DNA of 64,000 nt from contig SUZI01000002.1 in NCBI GenBank assembly GCA_015060005.1, forward strand, positions 218,177-282,176, written 5' to 3'. The translations under genes and the position numbers were made by a program. The notes beneath the pieces were generated by a model, which was given only the letters and a program-made list of their open reading frames with translations, did no database searches and was not told where the DNA came from. This document shows positions 8,678 through 18,600 of the stretch, piece by piece (position 1 is the stretch's first letter; each line of letters starts with the position of its first letter). Source of the stretch: Rikenellaceae bacterium. GTDB lineage: Bacteria; Bacteroidota; Bacteroidia; Bacteroidales; Rikenellaceae.

Positions 8678-10978
8678 ATGAAAAGAGAACTTTTAAGAGC
8701 AATTTGTGTGGTTGTAGCACTGTGTGTTGTGGCGGTAGCGTCGGCACAGGGCTCAAAGCGTGAGTATGTGAACTATGTCGACACACGTCAGGGTACAGAC
8801 TCACACTTCGGACTGAGCTACGGTAACACCTACCCCATTACAGCTATGCCTTTTGCGACACACGCCTGGGCACCTCACACAGGTCCTAATGGCGAGGGTT
8901 TCAAGTATCAGTATTTCCTCGATGAGATACGTGGCTTGCAGCAGGTGCATCAGTGTAGCCCCTGGGTGAGCGACTACGCTGTCTACACCTTTATGCCCGA
9001 GGTGGGCGAGCTTGTTGTCGATGACGAGAAGCGAGGTGCCAAGTTCAGCCACGACAACGAGATAGCACGCCCCCACTACTACTCTGTACAGTTCGACAAC
9101 GGTATCCGCTCCGAGATAGCACCTACCACACGTGCGGTGCATCTGCGTTTTAGCTTCCCTAAGAAGGGTGGCGACGCATATCTCGTCTTAGACGGTTACA
9201 ACGGAGCGAGCGAGATAGAGATTGACGTGGAGCGTCGCGAGATAAAGGGATGGGTTAACAACCACCGCTTTGTGAACAACGCCAAGACCTTCCGCTGCTA
9301 CTTCGTGGTGCGTTTCGACAAGCCTTTCGAGGAGTGGGGAACGTGGGAGAACGAGCACAACACGATAGCCAAGGGCGACAAACACGCCAAAGGTAAGGGC
9401 TACGGTGCTTACATCCGCTTCAAGGCAGGTGCGAAGGTGCAGGCAAAGGCGGGCTCATCGTATATCAGCTCCGAGCAGGCGGTGCTCAACCTTGAGCGTG
9501 AGGTAGGCGGCGATAAGTCGCTCGAGGTTACGAAGGCACGCGGTGCTGCTACGTGGAACGAGCTCCTGGGCAGAGTCGATGTCGAGGGTGGCACCGAGGA
9601 GCAGCTGCGTACATTCTATTCGTGTCTGTACCGCTCAAACCTCTTCTCGCGTAAGTTCTATGAGCTCAATGAGGCAGGCGAGCCTTACTATTACAGCCCT
9701 TATGACGGTCGGGTGCACGACGGATATATGTATACCGACAATGGTTTCTGGGATACATTCCGCTCGCAGTTCCCACTTACGAACATACTCCACCCAACGA
9801 TGCAGGGTCGCTATATGAATGCACTGTTAGCGGCACAGGAGCAGTGTGGCTGGCTGCCTTCGTGGTCTTGTCCGGGCGAGACAGGAGGTATGATTGGCAA
9901 CCACTCAATATCGCTCCTAACCGATGCGTGGGTGAAGGGCATCCGCACATTTGACCCCAAGAAGGCACTCGAGGCGTATGCTCACGAGGCTATGAACAAA
10001 GGTCCGTGGGGCGGTGCTAATGGTCGTGCCGGATGGAAGGAGTATTGGCAGCTGGGTTATGTCTCATATCCCGAGTCAATGGGCTCGACAGCACAGACAT
10101 TGGAGTATGCCTACGATGACTTCTGTGCCTGGCAGTTGGCTCGTATGACGGGCAATAAGTTCTACGAGGAGATTTTTGCACGTGTGATGTATAACTACCG
10201 CAACGTCTTCGACCATAAGACAGGCTTTATGCGTGGAAGGCTGAAGAGCGGCGAGTGGGTAGAGCCATTCGATGCGTTGGAGTGGGGCGGAGCATACTGC
10301 GAGGGTAATGCCTGGCACTACAACTGGTCGGTGTTCCACGATGTGCAGGGCTTGATTAACCTCTATGGCGATGATAAGACCTTCACGGAGAAGATAGATG
10401 GCGTCTTCACCGCCAGCAACGAGATTAAGCCCGGAACATACGGATATGTCATCCACGAGATGAAGGAGATGGAGTTAGCCGGTATGGGACAGTATGCCCA
10501 CGGCAACCAGCCTATACAGCACCTTGTATATCTCTACAGCTACGCAGGTCAGCCCTGGAAGACACAATATTGGGCACGCCAGATTATGAGCCGCCTCTAC
10601 AACTCTTCGCCCAAGGGCTTCCCGGGTGATGAGGACCAGGGAGGAATGTCGTCGTGGTATGTGCTGAGTGCGTTGGGTATCTATGCTGTCTGCCCTGGCA
10701 CCGACCAATATGTGTTAGGTAGCCCAATCTTTGAGCGTGCCACCATCACTATGGAGGATGGCAAGCAGTTCATAATAGAGGCTGCGGACAACTCGGAGCA
10801 GAATGTATATATCGACGCTGCCGAGCTCAACGGTGCAACACTCGAGCGAAACTGGATTTCGTATGGCGAGATTACGCAGGGCGGCAAGCTATCGCTCAGG
10901 ATGTCGGCAGAGCCTAATCGTGAGCGTGGAACGGGCAAGGAGGCAGCTCCTTTCTCGCTGTCGAAGCCTTTGGAGTAG
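8678..10978 (+). CDS. GH92 alpha-mannosidase
   Basis: Motifs VDTRQGTDSHFGLSYGNTYP and GDEDQGGMSSWYVLSALGIY are typical of GH92. The ATG at 8678 gives signal peptide MKRELLRAICVVVALCVVAVASAQG. The track start at 8666 is a GTG overlapping the GH78 stop. Confidence 0.8.
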   Translation: MKRELLRAICVVVALCVVAVASAQGSKREYVNYVDTRQGTDSHFGLSYGNTYPITAMPFATHAWAPHTGPNGEGFKYQYFLDEIRGLQQVHQCSPWVSDYAVYTFMPEVGELVVDDEKRGAKFSHDNEIARPHYYSVQFDNGIRSEIAPTTRAVHLRFSFPKKGGDAYLVLDGYNGASEIEIDVERREIKGWVNNHRFVNNAKTFRCYFVVRFDKPFEEWGTWENEHNTIAKGDKHAKGKGYGAYIRFKAGAKVQAKAGSSYISSEQAVLNLEREVGGDKSLEVTKARGAATWNELLGRVDVEGGTEEQLRTFYSCLYRSNLFSRKFYELNEAGEPYYYSPYDGRVHDGYMYTDNGFWDTFRSQFPLTNILHPTMQGRYMNALLAAQEQCGWLPSWSCPGETGGMIGNHSISLLTDAWVKGIRTFDPKKALEAYAHEAMNKGPWGGANGRAGWKEYWQLGYVSYPESMGSTAQTLEYAYDDFCAWQLARMTGNKFYEEIFARVMYNYRNVFDHKTGFMRGRLKSGEWVEPFDALEWGGAYCEGNAWHYNWSVFHDVQGLINLYGDDKTFTEKIDGVFTASNEIKPGTYGYVIHEMKEMELAGMGQYAHGNQPIQHLVYLYSYAGQPWKTQYWARQIMSRLYNSSPKGFPGDEDQGGMSSWYVLSALGIYAVCPGTDQYVLGSPIFERATITMEDGKQFIIEAADNSEQNVYIDAAELNGATLERNWISYGEITQGGKLSLRMSAEPNRERGTGKEAAPFSLSKPLE

Positions 10979-11287
10979 GTCAACTTGATTTACCAAAACG
11001 TGATGACTTACACTTGTTAAACGACTGATTGATAACGAAATAATAAAACTTTTAGTTTACCGACATATACTTTGACACTCCCACGCACACGCACGCGTAA
11101 CAAAAGAGTTAATTTTGTGATAGTGTGAAAAGTGGTGTCGGGAGATTGGACAGAAAACGAATAAATTAACCGATAACTGAACACGTAAAACTTTTCAGCC
11201 TATGAGATTTTAACCAAACTACAAACCTACACACAGAAGAGCCCACAGGGCGAGTAACTAAATGAATTTTAACAAAACCTAATCAAT

Positions 11288-11773
11288 ATGAAAAAACTAA
11301 CTTTACTTTTAGCTTTCGCACTTGTTCTTGGTACAGTTGCTTGTAGCGACGACGACAACAAGTTGCCTTACATCCCTTATGAGCCAGAGGAGCCCGAAGT
11401 ACCTGCTGCAGGTGAGGACCCTGCCATTCAGGAGGGAACTTACTATCTCAATGAGGTATTGCTTTGCGACCCTGCTCACCCAGCAGGCATCAACATCAAG
11501 GACAAGGTGAATTTCTTCTCATCAATGTCGATGACTATCAAGCAGTCGCCAACCAAGCTTTTGGTCTCTATCGACGACTCTAACTCTCCTTTCGACGCTT
11601 GGGGCGTAGAGCTTCCTGAGGGCGATATGGAGTGCACACTCGACACAGGCGTTGTGCCTAACGAGCTTCGCACAGTAGATGGTCTGTTGTTGGCTACCTT
11701 CGAGCGTAACGGTTTCACCGTATCGTTCCAGCTCGACAGCGACCAGTTGACTTATAAGTATAAATTCCAATAA
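11288..11773 (+). CDS. Small lipoprotein of unknown function
   Basis: Lipobox LGTVAC. 161 aa, no recognised motif. Confidence 0.5.
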   Translation: MKKLTLLLAFALVLGTVACSDDDNKLPYIPYEPEEPEVPAAGEDPAIQEGTYYLNEVLLCDPAHPAGINIKDKVNFFSSMSMTIKQSPTKLLVSIDDSNSPFDAWGVELPEGDMECTLDTGVVPNELRTVDGLLLATFERNGFTVSFQLDSDQLTYKYKFQ

Positions 11774-11784
11774 TTTGAGTAGCT

Positions 11785-12924
11785 ATGAAATTTTCAAGAT
11801 TACATAAGATTCTTTTCGTTGCAGTAGGTATCATCGCCGGCGTATTTATCGCTTGTAACGAGTGGGACTATATCGACCAGCCAGAGACAGTATACCTCAA
11901 CGAGGATGTTAAGGTTACTGCACGCATCCGTATCGAGCCATCTACCAACTACGATTCACGTCTTATCTTTGGTATATATGCACCAAAGTCTTTGGACTTG
12001 AAGAACAACGCAACATTGATTTTCAACACTGAGAATATCGCAGCGATTTTGGGAGCAGATTACCCTCAGGCAATCGATATCAAGAATGAGACACTTACTC
12101 CTATCGATATGGCATCTGCTGCTCCAGATGCAGGTGGTAAGACCTACGCAGAGGCATTTATGGAGCAGTTTGGCGTAGGCGAGAACGCATCACTCGGCAT
12201 CGAAATGGAGTGGGTTGCTTGGGAGTCAAAGATTCAGACTTATATCTCTGACAAGTTGCCAGGCGACGTTGCTCACAATCAGCATTTCTTTGCTACTGTT
12301 GATATCACATTCAATGCAGGTCCAGAGGAGTTGGAGTGCTACTTGGGTTATGCATCTTTGAACGCTGTTAAGGGTTTCAACAGCTCTGATGAGCAGTTCT
12401 CTCCACAGATGTTTAAGCGTTTCGTAGTTGATACTTACGAGGCTCCAGCATTGCCTACACTCACAATGGTTCAGTCTGTATATCGTTTCGGCGATATCTT
12501 CGGTATGGAGTTCTCTGACACTGCAACAGCACTTGAGGGCGAGAGTGAGATTTATATCTGCGGTCGTGCAACTCTTACAACAGGTGAGGTGATCGAGGTT
12601 ACAGAGGCAGTTGACGCTAACCGCTTGCAGCCTATCTCACGTCGTTTGCCAAACGGTGAGTATCAGTACTTGTTTGAGAAGTATATCTATCCTCCATTTA
12701 TGTTCAACCTTGCTGACGGTCAGAAGATTGATGCTTTGACAATTTGGTTTATCAACGCTGATGGCTCAAAGGTTGTAACTGAGAGCTACGACGGCGTAGC
12801 ATTCGTTCTGGAGCAGACTCCAGGCTCAATCCACGATGTTGAGGAGCCAGTGGAGCCTGAGGTTCCCGAGGAGGGCGGCGAGGAGACTCCCGAGGAGGGT
12901 GGCGATGCTCCTGTAGAGGCGTAA
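11785..12924 (+). CDS. Lipoprotein of unknown function with an acidic Glu/Pro-rich C-terminal tail
   Basis: Lipobox VFIAC. Tail EEPVEPEVPEEGGEETPEEGGDAPVEA. Starts 11 nt after the preceding lipoprotein gene. Confidence 0.5.
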   Translation: MKFSRLHKILFVAVGIIAGVFIACNEWDYIDQPETVYLNEDVKVTARIRIEPSTNYDSRLIFGIYAPKSLDLKNNATLIFNTENIAAILGADYPQAIDIKNETLTPIDMASAAPDAGGKTYAEAFMEQFGVGENASLGIEMEWVAWESKIQTYISDKLPGDVAHNQHFFATVDITFNAGPEELECYLGYASLNAVKGFNSSDEQFSPQMFKRFVVDTYEAPALPTLTMVQSVYRFGDIFGMEFSDTATALEGESEIYICGRATLTTGEVIEVTEAVDANRLQPISRRLPNGEYQYLFEKYIYPPFMFNLADGQKIDALTIWFINADGSKVVTESYDGVAFVLEQTPGSIHDVEEPVEPEVPEEGGEETPEEGGDAPVEA

Positions 12925-12965
12925 CGGTCAAGCACTCACTTATAAACTCATAGATAGAAGCAAGA

Positions 12966-12995
12966 GGGTTGTCTGCTGCGGCAGGCAGCCCTTTT
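12966..12995 (+). terminator. Rho-independent terminator
   Basis: GGGTTGTCTGC (12966-12976) pairs with GCAGGCAGCCC (12981-12991) using two G-U wobbles, then TTTT. Confidence 0.6.
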
Positions 12996-13149
12996 GTATT
13001 GTGGCAGGGGCGGTTATGCCCGTCGCCAAGAGATAGCACAAAACGTGCTCTGCTTACAATTTGTATCCACCGAAAAGTTGAATTATAGCCGCCGAGCAGC
13101 GTAAATAATTACAAATTGTAATTAAAAGCGGGTGCTGAGGGGCGTTTTA

Positions 13150-13181
13150 TTTGCTCGTGTGCTATCTATTTCGTACTTTTG
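13150..13181 (+). promoter_or_regulatory. Bacteroidetes-type promoter for kbl (TTTG-N20-TACTTTTG)
   Basis: TTTG at 13150-13153 and TAnnTTTG match TACTTTTG at 13174-13181, about 50 nt upstream of the ATG at 13231. Confidence 0.45.
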
Positions 13182-13230
13182 CCTACAAATCGTAAGTAAC
13201 AAATAGTAAAACAATATAAACAACCAGATT

Positions 13231-14421
13231 ATGTACGGAAAAATTAAGGAGTATCTTCAGCACGAGTTGGCTGAGATTAAGGCTGCCGGTCTTTATAAGA
13301 CCGAGCGTGTAATCTGCTCTCCACAGCGAGCAGAGATTGAGGTGGCAGGTAAGAGTGTTTTGAACTTTTGTGCCAACAACTACCTCGGACTGTCGGACAA
13401 CCCACGTCTGATAGAGGCTGCAAAACGTGCTATGGATGAGCGTGGATTTGGTATGTCATCGGTACGTTTCATCTGCGGCTGTCAGGATATGCACAAAGAG
13501 CTGGAGAAGGCTATCGCCGACTACTTCGGCACGGAGGACACAATCCTCTACGCTGCCTGCTTCGACGCTAATGGTGGCGTATTTGAGCCACTCCTAAGTG
13601 AGCAGGACGCTATCATCTCCGACGCTCTGAACCACGCCTCTATCATCGACGGTGTGCGTCTGTGTAAGGCTGTGCGTTACCGCTACGCTAATGCCGATAT
13701 GGGCGAGTTGGAGGAGTGTCTGAAGAAGGCACAGGAGCAGCGTTTCCGCATAATCGTTACCGATGGTGTCTTCTCGATGGATGGCAACGCAGCACCTCTC
13801 GACAAGATTTGTGCTTTGGCAGAGAAGTACGACGCATTGGTTATGGTCGACGAGTGCCACTCGGCAGGTGTGTTAGGAAAGACAGGTCGCGGTATCACCG
13901 AGCTCTACAACCTGCGTGGCGAGGTCGACATCCTGACAGGTACACTCGGCAAGGCTTTTGGCGGTGCTGTGGGAGGCTTCACAACAGGACGTAAGGAGAT
14001 TATCGATATGTTGCGTCAGCGTTCACGCCCATACCTCTTCTCTAACTCACTGCCACCAGCAGTGGTAGGTGCCGGCATAGAGCTCTTCAAGATGCTCGCC
14101 GAGAGCGACGAGATACACGACCGCTTGGCAGCCAACGTGGAGTATTTCCGCGATAAGATGACATCGGCAGGCTTCGACATCAAGCCTACGCAGTCGGCTA
14201 TATGTGCTGTTATGTTGTACGACGCGAAGCTCTCGCAGGACTTTGCAGCAGAGTTGCAGCAGGAGGGAGTCTTCGTTACGGGCTTCTACTACCCCGTAGT
14301 GCCAAAGGGACAGGCTCGTATACGTGTTCAGGTGTCGGCAGGACACACACGTGAGCAGTTGGATCGCTGCGTCGAGGCATTTATTAAGATAGGTAAGAAA
14401 CTCGGTGTGCTCAAGGCATAA
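13231..14421 (+). CDS. kbl: Glycine C-acetyltransferase (2-amino-3-ketobutyrate CoA ligase)
   Basis: 396 aa alpha-oxoamine synthase. NFCANNYLGL, SMDG, and PLP-lysine context GTLGKAFG. N-terminus typical of Kbl. Confidence 0.8.
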   Translation: MYGKIKEYLQHELAEIKAAGLYKTERVICSPQRAEIEVAGKSVLNFCANNYLGLSDNPRLIEAAKRAMDERGFGMSSVRFICGCQDMHKELEKAIADYFGTEDTILYAACFDANGGVFEPLLSEQDAIISDALNHASIIDGVRLCKAVRYRYANADMGELEECLKKAQEQRFRIIVTDGVFSMDGNAAPLDKICALAEKYDALVMVDECHSAGVLGKTGRGITELYNLRGEVDILTGTLGKAFGGAVGGFTTGRKEIIDMLRQRSRPYLFSNSLPPAVVGAGIELFKMLAESDEIHDRLAANVEYFRDKMTSAGFDIKPTQSAICAVMLYDAKLSQDFAAELQQEGVFVTGFYYPVVPKGQARIRVQVSAGHTREQLDRCVEAFIKIGKKLGVLKA

Positions 14422-14436
14422 CCCAAACGGAGAGGT

Positions 14437-14910
14437 ATGACAAAGATTACATTAGACGCAACCGACCGCAAGATACTCCGCTTCCTGATAACAAACGCCC
14501 GCACACCCTTTCTGGAGATTGCCCGCGAGTGTGGAATATCGGGTGCGGCTATACACCAACGCATAAAGAAGTTAGAGGAGTCGGGCATAATTAAGGGTAG
14601 CCGCTTAGTGGTAGCACCCAAGACCCTGGGCTTCGACGTGTGTGCCTTCGTATATATCCGTCTGTCGGATATCACCCACCAGAAGGATACCATCGAACAC
14701 TTAGAGCGTATACCCGAGATTGTGGAGTGCCACAGCGTAACGGGAGCGTACAATCTGTTGGTTAAGTTGTACTGCACCGACAATGAGCACTTTATGCAGT
14801 GTATCGAGAACAAGATTTACCACATACCAGGCATAGCAGGTACCGAGACCTATATGTCGCTCAAGGAGTCGTTCCAGCGAGAGATAAATATCGCCGACAT
14901 TGAGGATTAA
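14437..14910 (+). CDS. Lrp/AsnC-family transcriptional regulator
   Basis: N-terminal HTH LDATDRKILRFLITNARTPFLEIARECGISGAAIHQRIKKLEESGII plus a C-terminal RAM-like domain. 157 aa. Confidence 0.85.
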   Translation: MTKITLDATDRKILRFLITNARTPFLEIARECGISGAAIHQRIKKLEESGIIKGSRLVVAPKTLGFDVCAFVYIRLSDITHQKDTIEHLERIPEIVECHSVTGAYNLLVKLYCTDNEHFMQCIENKIYHIPGIAGTETYMSLKESFQREINIADIED

Positions 14911-14941
14911 AACTTTAACACGAAAGACAATATAACGAAAA

Positions 14942-16720
14942 ATGAATACAGAACAGTTTATATCGCAGATAGCCTCAGCCTCGATAGAGGCACTCTACGG
15001 TAAGGTAGAGCCACAGATGGTGCAGATACAGAAGACGCGTAAGGAGTTTGAGGGCGACTACACCCTCGTTACATTCCCACTGCTGCGTATGAGTCGCCAA
15101 GCACCCGAGGCTACCGCCCAGGCTATCGGCGAGCATATCGTAGCAAATAACCCACAGATTAGTGCTTTCAACGTCATCAAGGGCTTCCTCAACCTCAGCC
15201 TCGCCCCTGCATATTGGGCAGAGGTGGCACGCGAGATAGCCGCAGCGGAGCGTTATGGCTTTGCCGAGCCTACACACCGCAACGTGATGATTGAGTACTC
15301 GTCGCCTAACACCAACAAGCCGCTGCACTTGGGACACATACGTAACAACCTGCTCGGATACTCCGTAGCACAGATTCTCAAGGCTAACGGTCATAACGTC
15401 ATCAAGGTAAACCTCGTGAACGACCGCGGTATCCACATCTGTAAGTCGATGCTTGCGTGGCAGCTCTATGGCGAGGGTGAGACACCTGCCTCGTCGGGTA
15501 TGAAGGGCGACCACTTAGTGGGAAAATACTATGTGGAGTTTGACAAGCACTACAAAGCCCAGATAAAGGAGCTCGTTGCCGAGGGTATGAGCGAGGATGA
15601 GGCAAAGAAGAGAGCACCTATAATGCTCCAGGCACAGGAGATGTTGCGTAAGTGGGAGGCTAAGGATGAGGAGGTATACTCACTGTGGCAGACTATGAAT
15701 GGCTGGGTATACGAAGGCTTCGACGTAACGTATAAGGCTTTAGGTGTCGACTTCGATAAGGTATACTACGAGTCGCAGACCTATCTGCTGGGTAAGTCGC
15801 TGGTGCAGGATGGATTGGACAAGGGCGTATTCTTCCGTAAGGAGGATGGCTCGGTGTGGATTGACCTGGAGGCTGACGGACTGGACCAGAAGCTGCTGCT
15901 GCGTGGCGACGGCACATCGGTCTATATGACACAGGACTTGGGTACTGCCCTGAGCCGTTTCGAGGAGAATAAGCTCGACGATATGATATATGTGGTGGGT
16001 AACGAGCAGAACTACCACTTCCAGGTGCTGAAGCTCGTGCTGAAGAAGTTGGGCTACGAGTGGAGCGACAACATATACCACCTCTCATACGGTATGGTGG
16101 AGCTTCCCGAGGGTAAGATGAAATCACGCGAGGGAACGGTTGTCGATGCCGACGATTTGATTGAGGATATGGTCGCTACCGCACGCGAGATGTCTGCCGA
16201 GCTGGGTAAGTTAGACGGCTGCACAGAGGAGGAGGCTAACGCCATCTGTCGTATGGTGGGATTGGGTGCTCTGAAGTATTTCATCCTGAAGGTAGACCCC
16301 AAGAAGACTATGCTCTTCGACCCACGCGAGTCAATCGACTTTAACGGTAACACAGGACCTTTCATCCAATACACCCACGCACGTATCTGCTCTGTCCTGC
16401 GTAAGGCTGAGGAGGCTGGCATAGAGTATGGCGATGCAGCGTTTGCCGATATGATTCGCGAGGAGGTGGAGATTGTGAAGCACCTCTCACAGTTGCCAGC
16501 TATCATCGCTCAGGCAGGCGAGACACACTCTCCTTCGCTCATTGCAGCGTTTGCCTATGAGCTCGCCAAGAGCTTCAATGGCTACTACCACGACCACTCT
16601 ATCCTCCGCGAGGAGTGCGAGGCGACAAAACGTATGCGTCTGCGTCTGGCAGCTACTGTGGCTCGCACGCTGCGTCAGACTATGTCGTTGCTCGGCATTG
16701 AGGTGCCCGAGAGAATGTAA
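14942..16720 (+). CDS. argS: Arginine--tRNA ligase
   Basis: 592 aa. Class I HIGH motif (PLHLGHIRN), KMSKS-like MKSREG, C-terminal anticodon-binding domain ending in M. Confidence 0.9.
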   Translation: MNTEQFISQIASASIEALYGKVEPQMVQIQKTRKEFEGDYTLVTFPLLRMSRQAPEATAQAIGEHIVANNPQISAFNVIKGFLNLSLAPAYWAEVAREIAAAERYGFAEPTHRNVMIEYSSPNTNKPLHLGHIRNNLLGYSVAQILKANGHNVIKVNLVNDRGIHICKSMLAWQLYGEGETPASSGMKGDHLVGKYYVEFDKHYKAQIKELVAEGMSEDEAKKRAPIMLQAQEMLRKWEAKDEEVYSLWQTMNGWVYEGFDVTYKALGVDFDKVYYESQTYLLGKSLVQDGLDKGVFFRKEDGSVWIDLEADGLDQKLLLRGDGTSVYMTQDLGTALSRFEENKLDDMIYVVGNEQNYHFQVLKLVLKKLGYEWSDNIYHLSYGMVELPEGKMKSREGTVVDADDLIEDMVATAREMSAELGKLDGCTEEEANAICRMVGLGALKYFILKVDPKKTMLFDPRESIDFNGNTGPFIQYTHARICSVLRKAEEAGIEYGDAAFADMIREEVEIVKHLSQLPAIIAQAGETHSPSLIAAFAYELAKSFNGYYHDHSILREECEATKRMRLRLAATVARTLRQTMSLLGIEVPERM

Positions 16721-17718
16721 TGTGCGGTATGAGAGCCCTGATTTTTACAGTTTGGATGTTTACGATGGTAGCCTGCACCTCAACACAACCGAGTGCTGTG
16801 CTCTATCGTAACCCTGTCATAGACCGCGATGCCCCCGACCCCACGCTCATACGGGCGGAGGACGGTGCTTTCTATGCCTACACCACTATGCGTGGCGGCA
16901 ATGTCCCCATCTATCGTTCCGAGGATTTGGTCGAGTGGGAGCATATAGGAGGTGCTTTTCGCGAGGGCGAAGTGCCCAACTATGTCCCCAAGGCTGGAAT
17001 ATGGGCTCCCGACATCAACTATATCAAAGGACAATATGTGCTCTACTTCTCTATGTCGACGTGGGGCGGTGAGTGGGAGGCAGGCATAGGTCGTGCCGTG
17101 GCTGACAAGCCCGAAGGTCCTTTCACCCAGACCGAGTTTTTGTTCGACTCACGCGAGATAGGCGTGCAGAACTCGATAGACCCTGTCGTATATCAGGAGG
17201 CAGGGCGTTGCTACCTCATCTGGGGTAGCTTCCGAGGTATCTACCTCGCCGAGCTTACCGACGACGGATTGGAACTGCAGGATAAGCCACTGCGACAGAT
17301 TGCCGGCACAGCATATGAGGGCTCCTACATCCACAAACGTGGCGAGTGGTACTACCTGTTTGCGTCGGTGGGCACCTGCTGCGAGGGGCTTAAGAGCACC
17401 TATCAGACCGTCGTGGGACGCTCACGCTCACTCTTCGGACCCTATGTCAACCGCCAGGGCGAGAAGATGATGGATAACTGCCACGAGGTGCTGCTCTCGG
17501 GCGACGATAAGGTCAAGGGCTCGGGACACGACTCGCAGATAGTGCGTGACGATGCCGAGCAGGAGTGGATACTCTACCACGGATTTGATGTTGCTGAAGC
17601 CAAGGCGGGCAGGAAGACCTATCTCGACCGTGTGTGGTGGGATAGCGAGGAGTGGCCACACATAGGCGACGGAACACCTACACGCGAGGGTATAGCACCG
17701 ACTTTTAGAAAGAGATAA
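16720..17718 (+). CDS. GH43-family glycoside hydrolase lipoprotein
   Basis: NPVIDRDAPDPTLIR..GAFYAYTT is a typical GH43 N-terminal blade. Lipobox FTMVAC. The ATG at 16720 overlaps the argS TAA (TAATG); an alternative ATG lies at 16729. Confidence 0.75.
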   Translation: MCGMRALIFTVWMFTMVACTSTQPSAVLYRNPVIDRDAPDPTLIRAEDGAFYAYTTMRGGNVPIYRSEDLVEWEHIGGAFREGEVPNYVPKAGIWAPDINYIKGQYVLYFSMSTWGGEWEAGIGRAVADKPEGPFTQTEFLFDSREIGVQNSIDPVVYQEAGRCYLIWGSFRGIYLAELTDDGLELQDKPLRQIAGTAYEGSYIHKRGEWYYLFASVGTCCEGLKSTYQTVVGRSRSLFGPYVNRQGEKMMDNCHEVLLSGDDKVKGSGHDSQIVRDDAEQEWILYHGFDVAEAKAGRKTYLDRVWWDSEEWPHIGDGTPTREGIAPTFRKR

Positions 17719-17746
17719 ACGTAATACCAAACAAAAAATTGATGAT

Positions 17747-18571
17747 ATGCAGACCGTAGCACTCATATATGACTTTGACGGTACTCTCGCCCCGGGCAAT
17801 ATGCAGGAGTATGACTTCATACCCGCTGTGGGCAAGAGTAACAAGGAGTTCTGGTACGAGGCAAACACGCTGGCAGAGGTACACGATGCCGATGCGGTGT
17901 TGGCTTATATGTATCGTATGTTGCAGGAGGCACGTAGCAAGGGGCTCTCGCTGCGTCGCGAGGCTTTCCAGGAGTCGGGCAAGAAGGTTACCTACTTCAA
18001 AGGTGTCGAGCAGTGGTTCTCACGAATGAATAAGTATGCCCGAAAGAAGGGACTCAACCTGTTGCACTATATCAACTCGTCGGGTCTGAAGGAGATTATC
18101 GAGGGCACATCTATCGCCTCGGAGTTCAAACATATCTACGCCTGCTCGTTCCTCTACGATGTGGATGGCATAGCCTATTGGCCTGCTGTGGCGGTCAACT
18201 ATACCAATAAGACACAGTTTATCTTCAAGATAAATAAGGGTGTCGAGTCGGTCTTCGATGCCCAGAAGGTCAACGAGTATATGGAGGAGGATAAACGCCC
18301 TGTGCCCTTCAAGCGAATGATATACGTGGGCGACGGTACGACCGATATACCTTGTATGCGATTGGTTAAGAACTTCGGCGGACACTCCATAGCTGTCTTC
18401 AACCCCGAGGAGTCAGCACGTCGCGAGGGTATGCAGTCGCTCATACACGACAACCGCGTCAACTTCGTCTGTGCAGCAGATTATAGCGATGGCGAGGAGC
18501 TGGATACGGTCGTGAAGAGTATCATCGACAAGATTGCCGCCGACGTGCGATTAGATGAGCTGCAAGGATAA
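17747..18571 (+). CDS. HAD-superfamily hydrolase
   Basis: Motif I DFDGTL near the N-terminus and motif IV YVGDGTTD. Confidence 0.7.
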   Translation: MQTVALIYDFDGTLAPGNMQEYDFIPAVGKSNKEFWYEANTLAEVHDADAVLAYMYRMLQEARSKGLSLRREAFQESGKKVTYFKGVEQWFSRMNKYARKKGLNLLHYINSSGLKEIIEGTSIASEFKHIYACSFLYDVDGIAYWPAVAVNYTNKTQFIFKINKGVESVFDAQKVNEYMEEDKRPVPFKRMIYVGDGTTDIPCMRLVKNFGGHSIAVFNPEESARREGMQSLIHDNRVNFVCAADYSDGEELDTVVKSIIDKIAADVRLDELQG

Positions 18572-18600
18572 AAAAAGGGCTGCTCAGCTCCATTTTTACT

